Source: an uncultured Gemmatimonadales bacterium (GTDB lineage: Bacteria > Gemmatimonadota > Gemmatimonadetes > Gemmatimonadales > GWC2-71-9). From it: 64,000 nucleotides of DNA. Position numbers and translations under genes: made by a program. The DNA is taken from positions 640,001 through 704,000 of the forward strand of contig CAVYSW010000003.1 of assembly GCA_963771275.1 (NCBI GenBank). The letters run 5' to 3'. The notes below the pieces were generated by a model. The model ran no database searches, was not told the DNA's origin, and saw only the letters and a list, made by a program, of their open reading frames with translations. This document shows, piece after piece, positions 36,805 to 48,058 of the stretch; the stretch's first letter is position 1, and each line of letters begins with the position of its first letter.

Positions 36805-37716
36805 ATGCAGACCGCTCAGCGCAGCTCCGAGAGAGGGAGCGGCCAATTCGTCAGCCCCAAGGGGGCCACCTGGCGCCTCGCGGGCCGGCTGCACCTCGAG
36901 GTGTACGGCATGAGTGAGACGGGGCCCGTCCGGCCCGCCAACGAGGATGCGTTCGTCATCGCGGACGTCGCGCCGGCCGCCGCGGACGGGCCATCCGACG
37001 CCGAACCCACGCCGCTGGTTGCCGTGGCGGACGGGGTCGGCGGTGAACCCGGCGGGGCCCAGGCCAGCCGGCTGGTCATCCGCACGGCGATTCTCGAAGC
37101 GCTGCGGCGCGGCCGGAGGGAGGAGTGGGCCCCTGCCCGCCACGCGGCGGCGGTCGACGCGTCGCTGACCGACCTGGTCCAGGCGTGCCAGGACGCGGTG
37201 GTCCGGTGCGGAGCGAGCGACCCGCTGCTGGCCCGAATGGCCACGACACTGACCGCCGGGCTGATTCGCGGCCGGACGCTCCACCTCGCGCATGTGGGGG
37301 ATACCCGCTGCTACCTGGCCCGGCGGGGCCGGTTGGCGCAGCTGACCGGGGACCAGACCATGGCGCGAGCGCTGGAAGCCGGCGGCGTAGACGCGCTGCC
37401 CGCCTCCAGCGCGCTGCACCACGTGCTCACCAACGTGCTCTCCGCCACGCGTGGGTCCGTCGGGGCGGAGATCCGGGGCGTGGAGCTGTGCGCCGGCGAC
37501 ACCCTGGTGTTGTGCAGCGACGGGCTGAGCAATGCCGTCTCCGGCGACGTCATCCTCGCGGCACTCGCCGCCGCGCCGTCGGCCCCGGCGGCCTGTCGTG
37601 AGCTGGTGCGGCGCGCCCTCGACGCGGACGGGTCCGACAACGTGACCGTCATCGTCGGGCGGCTGCGATCCGGTGGGTCCCAAGAGGGGCTCACGAACGT
37701 GAGACCTCAACCCTGA
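36805..37716 (+). CDS. PP2C-family Ser/Thr phosphatase
   Basis: RPANEDA, VADGVGG, AHVGDTRCY, LCSDGL and GSDNVT; AAGGAGG RBS. Confidence 0.92.
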   Translation: MQTAQRSSERGSGQFVSPKGATWRLAGRLHLEVYGMSETGPVRPANEDAFVIADVAPAAADGPSDAEPTPLVAVADGVGGEPGGAQASRLVIRTAILEALRRGRREEWAPARHAAAVDASLTDLVQACQDAVVRCGASDPLLARMATTLTAGLIRGRTLHLAHVGDTRCYLARRGRLAQLTGDQTMARALEAGGVDALPASSALHHVLTNVLSATRGSVGAEIRGVELCAGDTLVLCSDGLSNAVSGDVILAALAAAPSAPAACRELVRRALDADGSDNVTVIVGRLRSGGSQEGLTNVRPQP

Positions 37717-37726
37717 GGAGGAGACC

Positions 37727-38188
37727 ATGCGAACCATCACGCGAATCGCCATGTGCGCGGCACTGGCAAGCTGCGTCGGGTTCGGCGTCGCGCGGGCGCA
37801 GGACGCCAATGCGGCGCGCGTGGGCTCGCGCATGTCCTACAACTTCGACGTGCGGGATCCCGGTATCGGCGCCCAGATCGACGTTCCCGTCGCGTCACGC
37901 ATTGCCCTGTATCCGTCGGGCGCGGTCTATTTCGTCGATCAGGGGTCGCTCTACGGGCTCAACGCCGACGTGAAGGTCCGGGTGGCGCGGGCCCTGTACG
38001 TGGGGGGCGGCCTGAACCTCCTGCACCGCTCGGTCGCGGACGTCGGGAACACCGATGCCGGCGTCAACCTGTTGGGTGGTCTGGAGGGCCACGTGGGACG
38101 CCGCGTGCGTCCTTTCGCGGAAGGCCGCGTGATTCTCAACGACGGCAGCGCCTTCGAGCTCGGCGCGGGTCTCAGCATCATCCTCTGA
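37727..38188 (+). CDS. Small outer-membrane beta-barrel protein
   Basis: Signal peptide ending ARA-Q; about 8 amphipathic strands (LYVGGGL, RPFAEGR); GAGGAGG RBS. Confidence 0.78.
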   Translation: MRTITRIAMCAALASCVGFGVARAQDANAARVGSRMSYNFDVRDPGIGAQIDVPVASRIALYPSGAVYFVDQGSLYGLNADVKVRVARALYVGGGLNLLHRSVADVGNTDAGVNLLGGLEGHVGRRVRPFAEGRVILNDGSAFELGAGLSIIL

Positions 38189-38302
38189 CCACACGCGACC
38201 CTCGAAGGCCTGGTGGCCGGCGGATCCCACGGGTCCGCCGGTCCGCCGTCGCGCGTCGCCCCACGGCCTTGCGCGCGTCTCCTGATCTTGCAGGTTACAC
38301 CG

Positions 38303-39070
38303 ATGGCACCGCCCGACCGAGTCGCGACGCGCCCGGCGCCGCCACCGCTCAACGTTCACTGGCTCCAGCACGTCCCGTTCGAGGACCTGGGCGCGATCGG
38401 CCCGTGGCTCGCGGGGCGTGGCGCTCGCGTGACCGCCACGCGCTGCTACGCCAACCCGTCATTCCCGAGTCTCGACGGATTCGACTGGCTCATCGTGATG
38501 GGCGGCCCGATGAGCGTGCACGACCGCGACCGCCATGCCTGGCTGGTGCAGGAGGAGCGGCTCATCGGCCGCGCGATCGCCGCGGGCAAGACCGTGCTCG
38601 GCATCTGCCTCGGCGCGCAGCTCATCGCGCAGGCGCTCGGCGCGCGCGTATTCCACGCTCCCGAGCGTGAGATCGGCTGGTTCCCGATCGAGCCGCTGGC
38701 CGCGCCCGCCGGTCACCCGTTCGCGGGCCTGCTGCCCGACTCGGCCACCGTGTTCCACTGGCACGGCGAGACGTTCGATCTGCCGGCGGGCGCCGTCTCG
38801 CTCGCGAGCAGCGCGGCCTGCGCCAAGCAGGCGTTCGCCGTGGGGGACTGCGTGCTGGCGCTCCAGTTCCACCTCGAGATGACGCCCGACGGCGCGCGGG
38901 CCCTGATCGACCACTGCCCCGGCGATCTCGGGCCCGGCCCGTGGGTCCAGTCCCCGGCGGCGATGCTGGCGGACGCGCGCCGCTTCCACCGCGCGCACGC
39001 TCTGATGCACCGCCTGTTGGACGGGCTGGAGCGTGGCGCGCGCCCGTCCGCCCAGGACGTGACGTCGTGA
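38303..39070 (+). CDS. Type 1 glutamine amidotransferase-like protein
   Basis: QHVPFE, MGGPMS, GICLGAQ and QFHLE. Confidence 0.92.
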   Translation: MAPPDRVATRPAPPPLNVHWLQHVPFEDLGAIGPWLAGRGARVTATRCYANPSFPSLDGFDWLIVMGGPMSVHDRDRHAWLVQEERLIGRAIAAGKTVLGICLGAQLIAQALGARVFHAPEREIGWFPIEPLAAPAGHPFAGLLPDSATVFHWHGETFDLPAGAVSLASSAACAKQAFAVGDCVLALQFHLEMTPDGARALIDHCPGDLGPGPWVQSPAAMLADARRFHRAHALMHRLLDGLERGARPSAQDVTS

Positions 39071-39234
39071 GCCCGATCGACCGCGATCTCCTGGTCTCCC
39101 GCGTGCTCCTCGCCGTCGCGGCGCTCGGCCTCATGCTGGGCGTCATCCGGCGGGAGCTCTTGTGGATCGCGTTCGTCGCCATGGTGGGACTCATCATCCG
39201 ACATGTCACCGCACGGCGAGGGAACAGACCATGA
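39067..39234 (+). CDS. Small two-TM protein (55 aa)
   Basis: GTGA and ATGA overlaps with both neighbours; two hydrophobic helices. Confidence 0.6.
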   Translation: MSPIDRDLLVSRVLLAVAALGLMLGVIRRELLWIAFVAMVGLIIRHVTARRGNRP

Positions 39235-39779
39235 CGACGACGCACGAGAAGGCCACGCTGGCGGGCGGGTGCTTCTGGTGCCTCGAGGCGGTGTTCCTGG
39301 AGCTGAAGGGGGTGGAGCGCGTCGAGTCCGGCTACGCCGGCGGCAGGGTGGCGCACCCGTCGTACGAGCTGGTGTGCAGCGGCACCACCGGGCATGCGGA
39401 GGTGGTGCAGGTCACGTTCGATCCGGACGTGATTGCGTATCGAGAGCTGCTCGAGGTGTTCTTCACGATCCACGACCCCACGCAGCTCAACCGCCAGGGT
39501 CCGGACAGCGGCACGCAGTACCGTTCCGCGATCTTCTACGCGTCACCCGAGCAAAAGGCGACCGCCGAGGCGGTGATCGCCGACCTCACCCGCGCCAAGG
39601 TCTGGGACGCGCCGATCGTCACACAGGTCACGCCGCTCGACGCGTTCTATCCCGCCGAGCGGTACCATCAGGAGTACTACCGCAGGAACCCCAACCAGGG
39701 GTACTGCCAGATCGTGATCGCGCCGAAGGTGGCCAAGGCGCGGCGCGTGTTTCTCTCCAAGCTCAAGCACGATAGCTGA
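39231..39779 (+). CDS. msrA: Peptide-methionine (S)-S-oxide reductase
   Basis: GGCFWC, GHAEVVQ, HDPT and YHQEYY. Confidence 0.96.
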   Translation: MTTTHEKATLAGGCFWCLEAVFLELKGVERVESGYAGGRVAHPSYELVCSGTTGHAEVVQVTFDPDVIAYRELLEVFFTIHDPTQLNRQGPDSGTQYRSAIFYASPEQKATAEAVIADLTRAKVWDAPIVTQVTPLDAFYPAERYHQEYYRRNPNQGYCQIVIAPKVAKARRVFLSKLKHDS

Positions 39780-39812
39780 GCGGGCGCGCTCACGCCTGCT
39801 TGGCCAGCCCTC

Positions 39813-40330
39813 TCAGTACGGCCCGGCACTAACCTCGTGCGGGAGCGGCGCAGTCTGGGAGGGAGCTTTCGGCTGGGACGCGGCCTCCGCGCTGCGAGGC
39901 GGAGTGGAGGGAGCAGCGGCGCGGACCTCTTCCATCGCTTCGAGGATGCCGGGCCCTGTATCCATCCCCAGCTCGGCACGGAGCAGCACGCGGTGTCCGA
40001 CCAGGATCTGCATCGCGTTCGCACGGTCGCCCGTGACCGTCAGCGCTCGTGCGAGACCGATCGCCGCAGGCGAGCTGAGTGGGTCCGCCGCCAGCAGCCT
40101 CCGCCACCACTGCGCCGCCGCCGGATGGTCCCCTGCTGCCACCGCGGCGTGGGCCAGACCCTCCATCCGGCGCCTCCGCGACGTGGAACCCCTCGAGAAA
40201 CGGGCCGCGGTACAGCGCCACGGCCGCCGTCCGATCCCCCGTCCGCAGCCCGGCGAGGAACTCGGCCACGTCGGTCGAGACTACGTTCCCGTTGAGATAG
40301 AGGACCTGCCCGATCGCGGTGACCGCCTCG
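39813..40330 (-). pseudogene. SARP/BTAD transcriptional activator remnant
   Basis: DVAEFL...AVALYRGPFLEGFH and WRRLLAADPLS...LRAELG lie in different frames with an internal deletion; no intact wHTH. Confidence 0.75.
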
Positions 40331-40526
40331 CGTCGCTGCGCGGCGTCTCATGCAGAGGTCGCCGGAGCAGACATGACGTGCGTTTCGGCGTAGATATGGT
40401 GCCGCCGTCAGGGCAGCGTCAACTGCGTTTGGGCTGGCAGGACGATACCGTCACGCTGGGGGGAGGAAACGAAGAGAGCGGGCTGCCGGGCCCGCTCCCC
40501 TCGTATCGATGATGTCATCGCGGCGC

Positions 40527-41186
40527 TCAGTCGCGGTGGCTACTCCCTTGCCCGTGCACCTGCAGGTCCAGCCGCCACGCCCAGTCCACCGGGGTCAGCG
40601 TGCCATCCGGCCCGAGGACGGGCGTTGGGAAGAGCGGTGCGTCCGGTGTGCCGGACGGCCCGGGACACACCGACTTGAACCTGGTCGCGGCCACGAGCTT
40701 CTCGCCGTTGAAGCGCCCGTGGTACGTCGGGAAATCGCCTGAGGTGATGGTGCAGCCGCTGTGCCACTGCACCATCCCGACGAGGAAGGGGACGCCGGGT
40801 GCCCACTCAGGCATCGGCATTCCTCGCAGACCCACGTAGTCCAGTGTCAGTTGGCCGTTGCGCTCGAGCGTGCCCTCGAGCGTGGTCCAACGGTCCCCCT
40901 CGCCGGCGGCCGAGTGGTCTTCATGCAGCTGCAGTCTCACCCGGTTGCCCTCGAGGGACTCCAACGTGGTGGTCGTCCCCGATGTCGGCACCGCGAACGG
41001 AGCATCCTGCAGCACCGTCTTGATCCTGGGTGCGTAGGTCCAGTACGTCAGCGTGCCGCTCAGGACGACGGGGTTCGCCTCATGGCGGCGCGAGAGCAGC
41101 AGTTCGCTCTCCGGTGAAGTGGGGGGATTGTCGCACGCGGTTGCGGCGACCAGCAGCGTCGTGAGTATCCAGGTCGGCTTGGCCAT
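40527..41186 (-). CDS. Hypothetical lipoprotein
   Basis: GGAGG RBS; MAKPTWILTTLLVAATAC lipobox followed by DNPPTSP. Confidence 0.75.
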   Translation of the reverse strand: MAKPTWILTTLLVAATACDNPPTSPESELLLSRRHEANPVVLSGTLTYWTYAPRIKTVLQDAPFAVPTSGTTTTLESLEGNRVRLQLHEDHSAAGEGDRWTTLEGTLERNGQLTLDYVGLRGMPMPEWAPGVPFLVGMVQWHSGCTITSGDFPTYHGRFNGEKLVAATRFKSVCPGPSGTPDAPLFPTPVLGPDGTLTPVDWAWRLDLQVHGQGSSHRD

Positions 41187-41603
41187 GGCTTCCTCCAGTA
41201 GGGGCTTCGAGTCCTTGGCGGGCGTCGAGCGATGAGGGACGTTCGCACGAGGCGGAGATGGTCGGCTCAAGCTCCGCTCGGGGCATCCGAAGGGTCTCGG
41301 GCGCTGTCGGCGAAATGTCGGAACGGGCCGGATCGGCACCGGAACGGCGGGCGGGAGGAAGCCGGAAATCACGACTTTGTTGTTGTGAATTGCCGTTCGG
41401 GGTGAGGTCACGCTCGTCCCCTATCGTGCCTCCAGACCGTCACCTCGGAGGACACGATGGCACCGCAGAAGCGCAGCTCGATCGCGATCGCCGGGACTCG
41501 AAGTCCCGCATTTGGCCATGCCCCCGCGGTCCAGCTCGCGCTGGAGCGTCCAGCGGTCCGCGAGGGCGGCCACAAGACGATCAGGTGCCGGCGCGGTCAC
41601 CCC

Positions 41604-41996
41604 CTACCACGCGCAGACCTCTACATCGGTCTTCGTGAAGTCCTCGCCGACGAACAACAGGGGCTCCCCCCGCGCCACCGCGAGCGCGTAGCTGAAGCAG
41701 TCACCGAAGTTCAGGCCCGCCGGATGACGCCCCCGCCCGAACCGTAGCGCCGCGTCGCGCGCCAGCGTCACCTGCTCCTCACCGACCGGCACCACCTCCG
41801 CGCCAATGCCTCGCAGGAGGCGGTCGAGTTGGGGTTCCCCCACTTCGCCATAGCGGCCGAGCAGCACCAACGAGGTCTCCACCACCGTGGCCGCGGACAC
41901 GAGGCGTGTGCGGTCGGCGTCCACCGCCTGCACCAGGCGGTCGGCCACCGGCTCGCGGATCAGGATGGCCATGATGGCCGAAGTGTCGATGACCAT
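41604..41996 (-). CDS. vapC: VapC PIN toxin
   Basis: MVIDTSA, GRHPAGLNFGDCFSYALA and LLFVGEDF. Confidence 0.95.
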   Translation of the reverse strand: MVIDTSAIMAILIREPVADRLVQAVDADRTRLVSAATVVETSLVLLGRYGEVGEPQLDRLLRGIGAEVVPVGEEQVTLARDAALRFGRGRHPAGLNFGDCFSYALAVARGEPLLFVGEDFTKTDVEVCAW

Positions 41997-41999
41997 CGG

Positions 42000-42251
42000 T
42001 CAGCGCGGGACGCCGTGGTCGTCGTAGCCTACGAGGTCATCGGGGGACCGCGGATCGAGCACGGGCAGCCTGGCCAGCCGCTCCTGGATGCGTCGCACTT
42101 CGACGCCGATCCCTCGCCGAGCGCGCTGGGATTCGCGGTCCAGCCGATCCCGTAGCGCGCGGCGGATGGCCTCCGTCAACGACTCGCCCGTGGCGGCCGC
42201 GAGGGCCCGAGCGAGGCGATCGGTTTCGGGGTCCTTGATGCTGATAGCCAT
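42000..42251 (-). CDS. vapB: VapB antitoxin (Rv0623-like)
   Basis: MAISIKDPETDRLARALAAATGESLTEAI...GYDDHGVP. Confidence 0.93.
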   Translation of the reverse strand: MAISIKDPETDRLARALAAATGESLTEAIRRALRDRLDRESQRARRGIGVEVRRIQERLARLPVLDPRSPDDLVGYDDHGVPR

Positions 42252-42264
42252 GCTTCTACCTATC

Positions 42265-42286
42265 TAGACTCTGATATAGCAGTCTA
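42265..42286. promoter_or_regulatory. Inverted repeat, probable vapBC operator
   Basis: TAGACT-N10-AGTCTA directly upstream of vapB. Confidence 0.55.
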
Positions 42287-42394
42287 TACTCCCCGCTCGA
42301 CGTCCGCAAGTGCCGGCGCAGGAGCCGCTCCGGCCAGAGCGCGGCCGGCTGATGCGGTCGCTGGGCTGCCCCGATTCGATCCCCCGGTCGGCCT

Positions 42395-42424
42395 TGCTGT
42401 CGCTCCGAGCGCGGAGCGACAGCA
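42395..42424. terminator. 13-bp perfect hairpin downstream of the nrfD-like gene
   Basis: TGCTGTCGCTCCG-agcg-CGGAGCGACAGCA; no clear U tract. Confidence 0.45.
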
Positions 42425-42559
42425 TCGCTTGGCTCGATCGATACAACTCGACCGGTTCGTGAGGGTCGGTTCGCTAGGAACGGTCCGGGGCAGACGAAGG
42501 CCAGCAGGGGGTGTTGACTACGGCTGCACGCTCAGACGCGACCCGCTGAGCGGCCGCGC

Positions 42560-43750
42560 TCACGCCTCCTTGGCCGGCGCCGCGTGCGCGCCGTCTGACC
42601 AGGGCGGCAGCAGCTTGGCCAGCACCCAGAGGATCACGAACGGCAGCACCAGGAGCGCCATCGTCATCCCCAGCCCCTCGATCCCGAAGAACTGGATCTT
42701 GTAGACCGTGAGGCCGCGCAGGCTCTTGGAGAACAGCTGGCCGCCGATCACCACGTTCCACCGGATGCTGAAGATGCCGATCTGGACGAGCACCGCGGCA
42801 ACAAGGTAGAGCAGCCGGCGCAGCTCATCCGGCACGCGGACCAGCGGCTTGGGTCGGAGCGCCGGGGACGTGAGCCCGAGCGCCACCAGCGGCACCAGCG
42901 TGCCGAGCAGCAGCTGGAGCACGATCAGGCTGATGAACAGCCGGGTCTCGATCAGCTGCGAGAGGATGTCGATCGACTCCTCGGACTCGTACAGCCGGTG
43001 CACGAAATCGAGGATCTCGAGCGAGAAATCCACGATCATCGCGTAGAACAAGAACTGCGCCAGCTTGTCGAGGCACCGCATGTCCACCGGCTTCCAGCGG
43101 GCGAGGCTCGTCACCAGGTACAGCACCAGCACGAGCGCGATACCGGAAACCATCGCGGAGAACAGGAACACGACCGGCATCAGCACGCTGCTCCACCACG
43201 GATTGGCCTTGATCGAGCCGAAGATGAAGCCCACGTAGCCGTGGAGCAGGAACGCCGACGGGATCCCGATGATCGTGATCCACCGGCCGGCGCTGTCGTC
43301 GAACCGCAGCGCCTTCGCCGACGTGTCGGTGGCGCCGAGCGTCAACACCCAGTACACCCACCGCTTGACACCGTGCGTGGTCTGCGCCCACCCCACGATA
43401 TCCTTGCGGTAGTCGAGCCAGATCTCGAGCAAGAGGACGACCGCGAGGTACCACGCGTAGACGAACCCGAACATCGCCATGGCCGACTGGCGGTTGGGCG
43501 TGAGGAAGATCTCGTACGAGCGCTCGGGGTGACCGAGATGGGCAAGCAGCGGCAGCGGCGCCACGAGCAGGAACGCCAGCGCGGTGAGCAGCGCGAGCCG
43601 GTAGGTCGGCTGCACCTCCTTCACGTTGAACACGCGCTCGAGCGACGCCAGGATGAAGGCTCCGGCCACGAGCCCGGTGAGGTACGGATACAGGACGACG
43701 AGCAAGCCCCAGTGGAGCTCGAACTCGTTGGGATAGATGTAGCCCTGCAT
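42560..43750 (-). CDS. NrfD/PsrC family membrane quinol-interacting subunit
   Basis: WGLLVVLYPYLTGLVAG, HLGHPER, HGYVGFIF and RWNVVIGGQ; about 10 TM helices. Confidence 0.9.
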   Translation of the reverse strand: MQGYIYPNEFELHWGLLVVLYPYLTGLVAGAFILASLERVFNVKEVQPTYRLALLTALAFLLVAPLPLLAHLGHPERSYEIFLTPNRQSAMAMFGFVYAWYLAVVLLLEIWLDYRKDIVGWAQTTHGVKRWVYWVLTLGATDTSAKALRFDDSAGRWITIIGIPSAFLLHGYVGFIFGSIKANPWWSSVLMPVVFLFSAMVSGIALVLVLYLVTSLARWKPVDMRCLDKLAQFLFYAMIVDFSLEILDFVHRLYESEESIDILSQLIETRLFISLIVLQLLLGTLVPLVALGLTSPALRPKPLVRVPDELRRLLYLVAAVLVQIGIFSIRWNVVIGGQLFSKSLRGLTVYKIQFFGIEGLGMTMALLVLPFVILWVLAKLLPPWSDGAHAAPAKEA

Positions 43751-43753
43751 GGT

Positions 43754-44575
43754 CTACCGCACCTCCATGTCCAGGCTCGCGTAGTACACCTTCGGCTTGG
43801 TGTTCAGGTTCGGCTTCAGCACCTGGACGTCGTTGAACCGGATGAACTGCGCGAGCGGCGTCGCCCGCCCGCGGAGCTCGCCGAACACGCGGGCACCCGT
43901 CGGGCACACCTCCACACAGGCCGGACGGAGTCCCTTCCTGATGCGGTGGTAGCAGAAGGTGCACTTCTGGGCGACGTGCTTCTCCGGATGGAACCACCGC
44001 GCGCCGTACGGGCACGCCTGAATGCAGTAGCGGCAGCCGATGCAGTACTGCTCGTCCACCAGCACCACGCCGTCGGGCGTAATGAACGTGGCCCCTACCG
44101 GGCATACCTGCACGCAGGGCGGCTTGGCGCAGTGGTTGCAGAGCTTCGGGACGAAGAACGCCTTGAGCACATCGGGGCCGAGCTCCTCGGGCGGGAAGCC
44201 CTCGATGCCGCCGTCCGGGCTGTCCACCGTCGCCTCGCCGTTCGCATCGATCACGTAGCGCTCGACCCAGGTATTGAAGCAGCCCGGCTCCCGCGGGACG
44301 CCGTTCTCCTCCTTGCAGGCGTTGGCGCACCGGCCGCAGCCGATGCACTTTTCGATGTCCACGCCCATCCCGTACCAGTGATCGGTCGCGTCGTAGGCAC
44401 CCTCGCCCCCGGTCCCCTGCAGGTCGGTCGCCGCGACCCGGATCGTGCCGACCAGCAGCGGCACGCCGGCCGTGCAGGCCGCCGCGAGCGCGCGCACGAA
44501 CGCGCGCCGGTCCACGGCGCTCTCGTCGGTCACGTCGGGCGACGTCGTCTCCGGACGTGCTCGGTCGTCTGTCAT
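43754..44575 (-). CDS. NrfC-like 4x[4Fe-4S] subunit with Tat signal
   Basis: DRRAFVR; CIGCGRCANAC, CNHCAKPPCVQVCP, CIGCRYCIQACP and KCTFC. Confidence 0.92.
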   Translation of the reverse strand: MTDDRARPETTSPDVTDESAVDRRAFVRALAAACTAGVPLLVGTIRVAATDLQGTGGEGAYDATDHWYGMGVDIEKCIGCGRCANACKEENGVPREPGCFNTWVERYVIDANGEATVDSPDGGIEGFPPEELGPDVLKAFFVPKLCNHCAKPPCVQVCPVGATFITPDGVVLVDEQYCIGCRYCIQACPYGARWFHPEKHVAQKCTFCYHRIRKGLRPACVEVCPTGARVFGELRGRATPLAQFIRFNDVQVLKPNLNTKPKVYYASLDMEVR

Positions 44576-45297
44576 CCCCGCGTCTCCGGATAGTGGGGGT
44601 AGTGGCACTGCCAGCACATGTACGGCGCGCCGTGCTGCTTGATGTCGATCTGCGGGATCGACCCCTGGATCCCGGAGGCGTGGCACGCGCCGCAGAATTC
44701 GCGAGTGCCCGGCTTGGTGGGCCGGACGGCGCGCGGGTTGGTCTTATGCTCGTCCGGCGCCTGGTGACAGACCGTGCACTGCAGCCCCGCGTGGCGCGAC
44801 AGCGCCTTCTGCCGCGCGATCTGGCCGTGGCACGCGCCGCACTGCTCCGGTACCACCGGCGGCACGGGCGCGTGCGGATCGTGGCACACCTTGCACTCGA
44901 TCATCGGGTTGTGCGTCACCGGGTCGATCTGCGGGAAGCCCGTGGGGCGCGACGGATTGTAGGCGTGGCACGTCACGCAGAACTCCCGGGTCTTCGGGAC
45001 GATCGGCTTGGTATCGAGCGGCGCCGCCACGTGCGCTTCCGCCGGCCCGTGACACGTCTCGCAGGCCACGCCGCGGTGGTTCCCGTTGAGCCGCTTCTCG
45101 GCCATCGGCCGGTGGCACGCCTCACAGGCCTGATAGCCGGCGTACCGCACGCGGCGGGCGGCGATCGAATCCACCGCCGCCGCGCGATAGTGGCCCACCT
45201 CGCCGAACGTCGGCGGAATGAGCAGCCGCCGCGCTACCAGGAGCGCGACCACCGCGACCGAGAAGACGATCAAGAGTCGGGATACTTGCTGGGGCAT
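44572..45297 (-). CDS. Membrane-anchored octaheme cytochrome c
   Basis: N-terminal TM and eight CxxCH: CEACH, CETCH, CVTCH, CKVCH, CGACH, CTVCH, CGACH, CWQCH. Confidence 0.92.
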   Translation of the reverse strand: MPQQVSRLLIVFSVAVVALLVARRLLIPPTFGEVGHYRAAAVDSIAARRVRYAGYQACEACHRPMAEKRLNGNHRGVACETCHGPAEAHVAAPLDTKPIVPKTREFCVTCHAYNPSRPTGFPQIDPVTHNPMIECKVCHDPHAPVPPVVPEQCGACHGQIARQKALSRHAGLQCTVCHQAPDEHKTNPRAVRPTKPGTREFCGACHASGIQGSIPQIDIKQHGAPYMCWQCHYPHYPETRG

Positions 45298-45497
45298 CTC
45301 CGCCGCGGGCGCTCTGGGGAGCCGGCCCGCGCCTCCGTGACTCGCACGCTCTCGTGAATGGCCGCCGTCGGGGATGGACAAACGCCCGCCCGGCGCGAGA
45401 TTGCTGGCGAAGAAAAGCAGGGTTTCCGTGAAAACAGTGTTAAGGGAAAATGAGGATCATTAATGAACCCTATGGGGCCAGCCGCCACCTGGGGCCG

Positions 45498-45951
45498 ATG
45501 ACACTCGCCGTCTTCGAGCTCACCGGCCCCGCACCGGCCTGGCCCTCGCTGAGGCCGCCCGGGCCCCCTGCATCGCCGTGCAGGGCCTGACCCGTGAGTC
45601 CCGGCAGCTCGCCCACCTCCCGGAGATCCGGCTCGTGCGCGGCACGTTCGCGGATGCCGACCGCGTGGCCGAGGTCGTGGCCGGGGCAAGTGCGGTGTGC
45701 TGCGTGATCGGACCACGACCCCCGTCGCGCGAGGCGTTCTGCGCCGCGGCGACGGCCGCGATCATCGCGGCGATGCCATCGTGAAGCCGCCGCGGCTCAC
45801 CGACGGTCCGGCGGCCGGGCGCGTGCGGGCCCCGGCCGGCGTGCGCGTGGGCCTGCTATCAAGGATCAGCCGCGCCGACCTCGCGGCGTTCATGCTGGAC
45901 GAGATCGAGCGCGGCACCTTCGTGCGCCAGCGGGTGTTCGTCCGCGGCTGA
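45498..45951 (+). pseudogene. Degraded NAD(P)H-binding (flavin reductase/SDR-like) gene
   Basis: MTLAVF..TG start, LVRGTFAD...CCVIGP and KPPRLTDG...ISRADLAAFML lie in different frames with the centre deleted. Confidence 0.7.
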
Positions 45952-46001
45952 GCAAGCGCCGCCTGACGCTGGCGGGCGCCGCAGCGGCAACACAGCTTCC
46001 T

Positions 46002-47387
<1,386 letters not shown>

Positions 47388-47452
47388 CCCGCCCGCTCGC
47401 CCTTCGGGATCGCTCGCTCGACGGACCCTCACCGGCCGGCTAGTATCCCCCC

Positions 47453-48058
47453 ATGGACGTGCTCGCCGCCCTGGCGGCCGCGATCGGCCTTGCAGCCTGC
47501 GCGGGAATGCGCGCCGCCTTTCCTCTGTTTGCGATCGGTGTGGCCGGCCGGCTGCTCGACTGGCCGGTGTCGCCGTCGCTGGCATGGCTCGCCTCCAACC
47601 CGGCGCTCGCGATCTTCGGCGTCGCCGCGCTCAGCGAGATCGTCGCCGACAAGCTGCCGGCCACCCATCGCGTGTTCGACCCGATCGAGACCGTGGGCGC
47701 CCCGGTCGCGGGCTACCTCGCGGCGTTCGGGGCGATCGCCAGTCTCCGCATCCCCTACCTGCTCGTCGTCGCGATCGCGCTGCCGATCGGCCTCGGCGTC
47801 GGCGGTGGTCTCCACATTCTCGCCGCCAGCGCGCGCATCGCCAGCCGCCGGACGCCGGGCGGACTCGGCAACCCGTTCCTCAGCGTGGCGGAAGACCTGT
47901 TCGCCGGCTCGGCGGCCGTGTTCGCCATCGCGGCCCCGCTGCTCGCCCTGGTCGCGGTGCTGGTGCCCACCACCCTCTGGCTCCGCCGGCTGCGGCACGA
48001 CGCGGCGCGCGCCGACGTCGGCCCGCCGGTGGCGCTCATGCGGGACGAGCTGCCGTGA
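47453..48058 (+). CDS. DUF4126 membrane protein
   Basis: GLAACAGMRA, EIVADK and NPFLSVAED. Confidence 0.85.
   Translation: MDVLAALAAAIGLAACAGMRAAFPLFAIGVAGRLLDWPVSPSLAWLASNPALAIFGVAALSEIVADKLPATHRVFDPIETVGAPVAGYLAAFGAIASLRIPYLLVVAIALPIGLGVGGGLHILAASARIASRRTPGGLGNPFLSVAEDLFAGSAAVFAIAAPLLALVAVLVPTTLWLRRLRHDAARADVGPPVALMRDELP

Noticed and set aside
42490..42540. IS terminal repeat remnant (cagcagggggtgttgac)
   Set aside because: No partner end or transposase adjacent.
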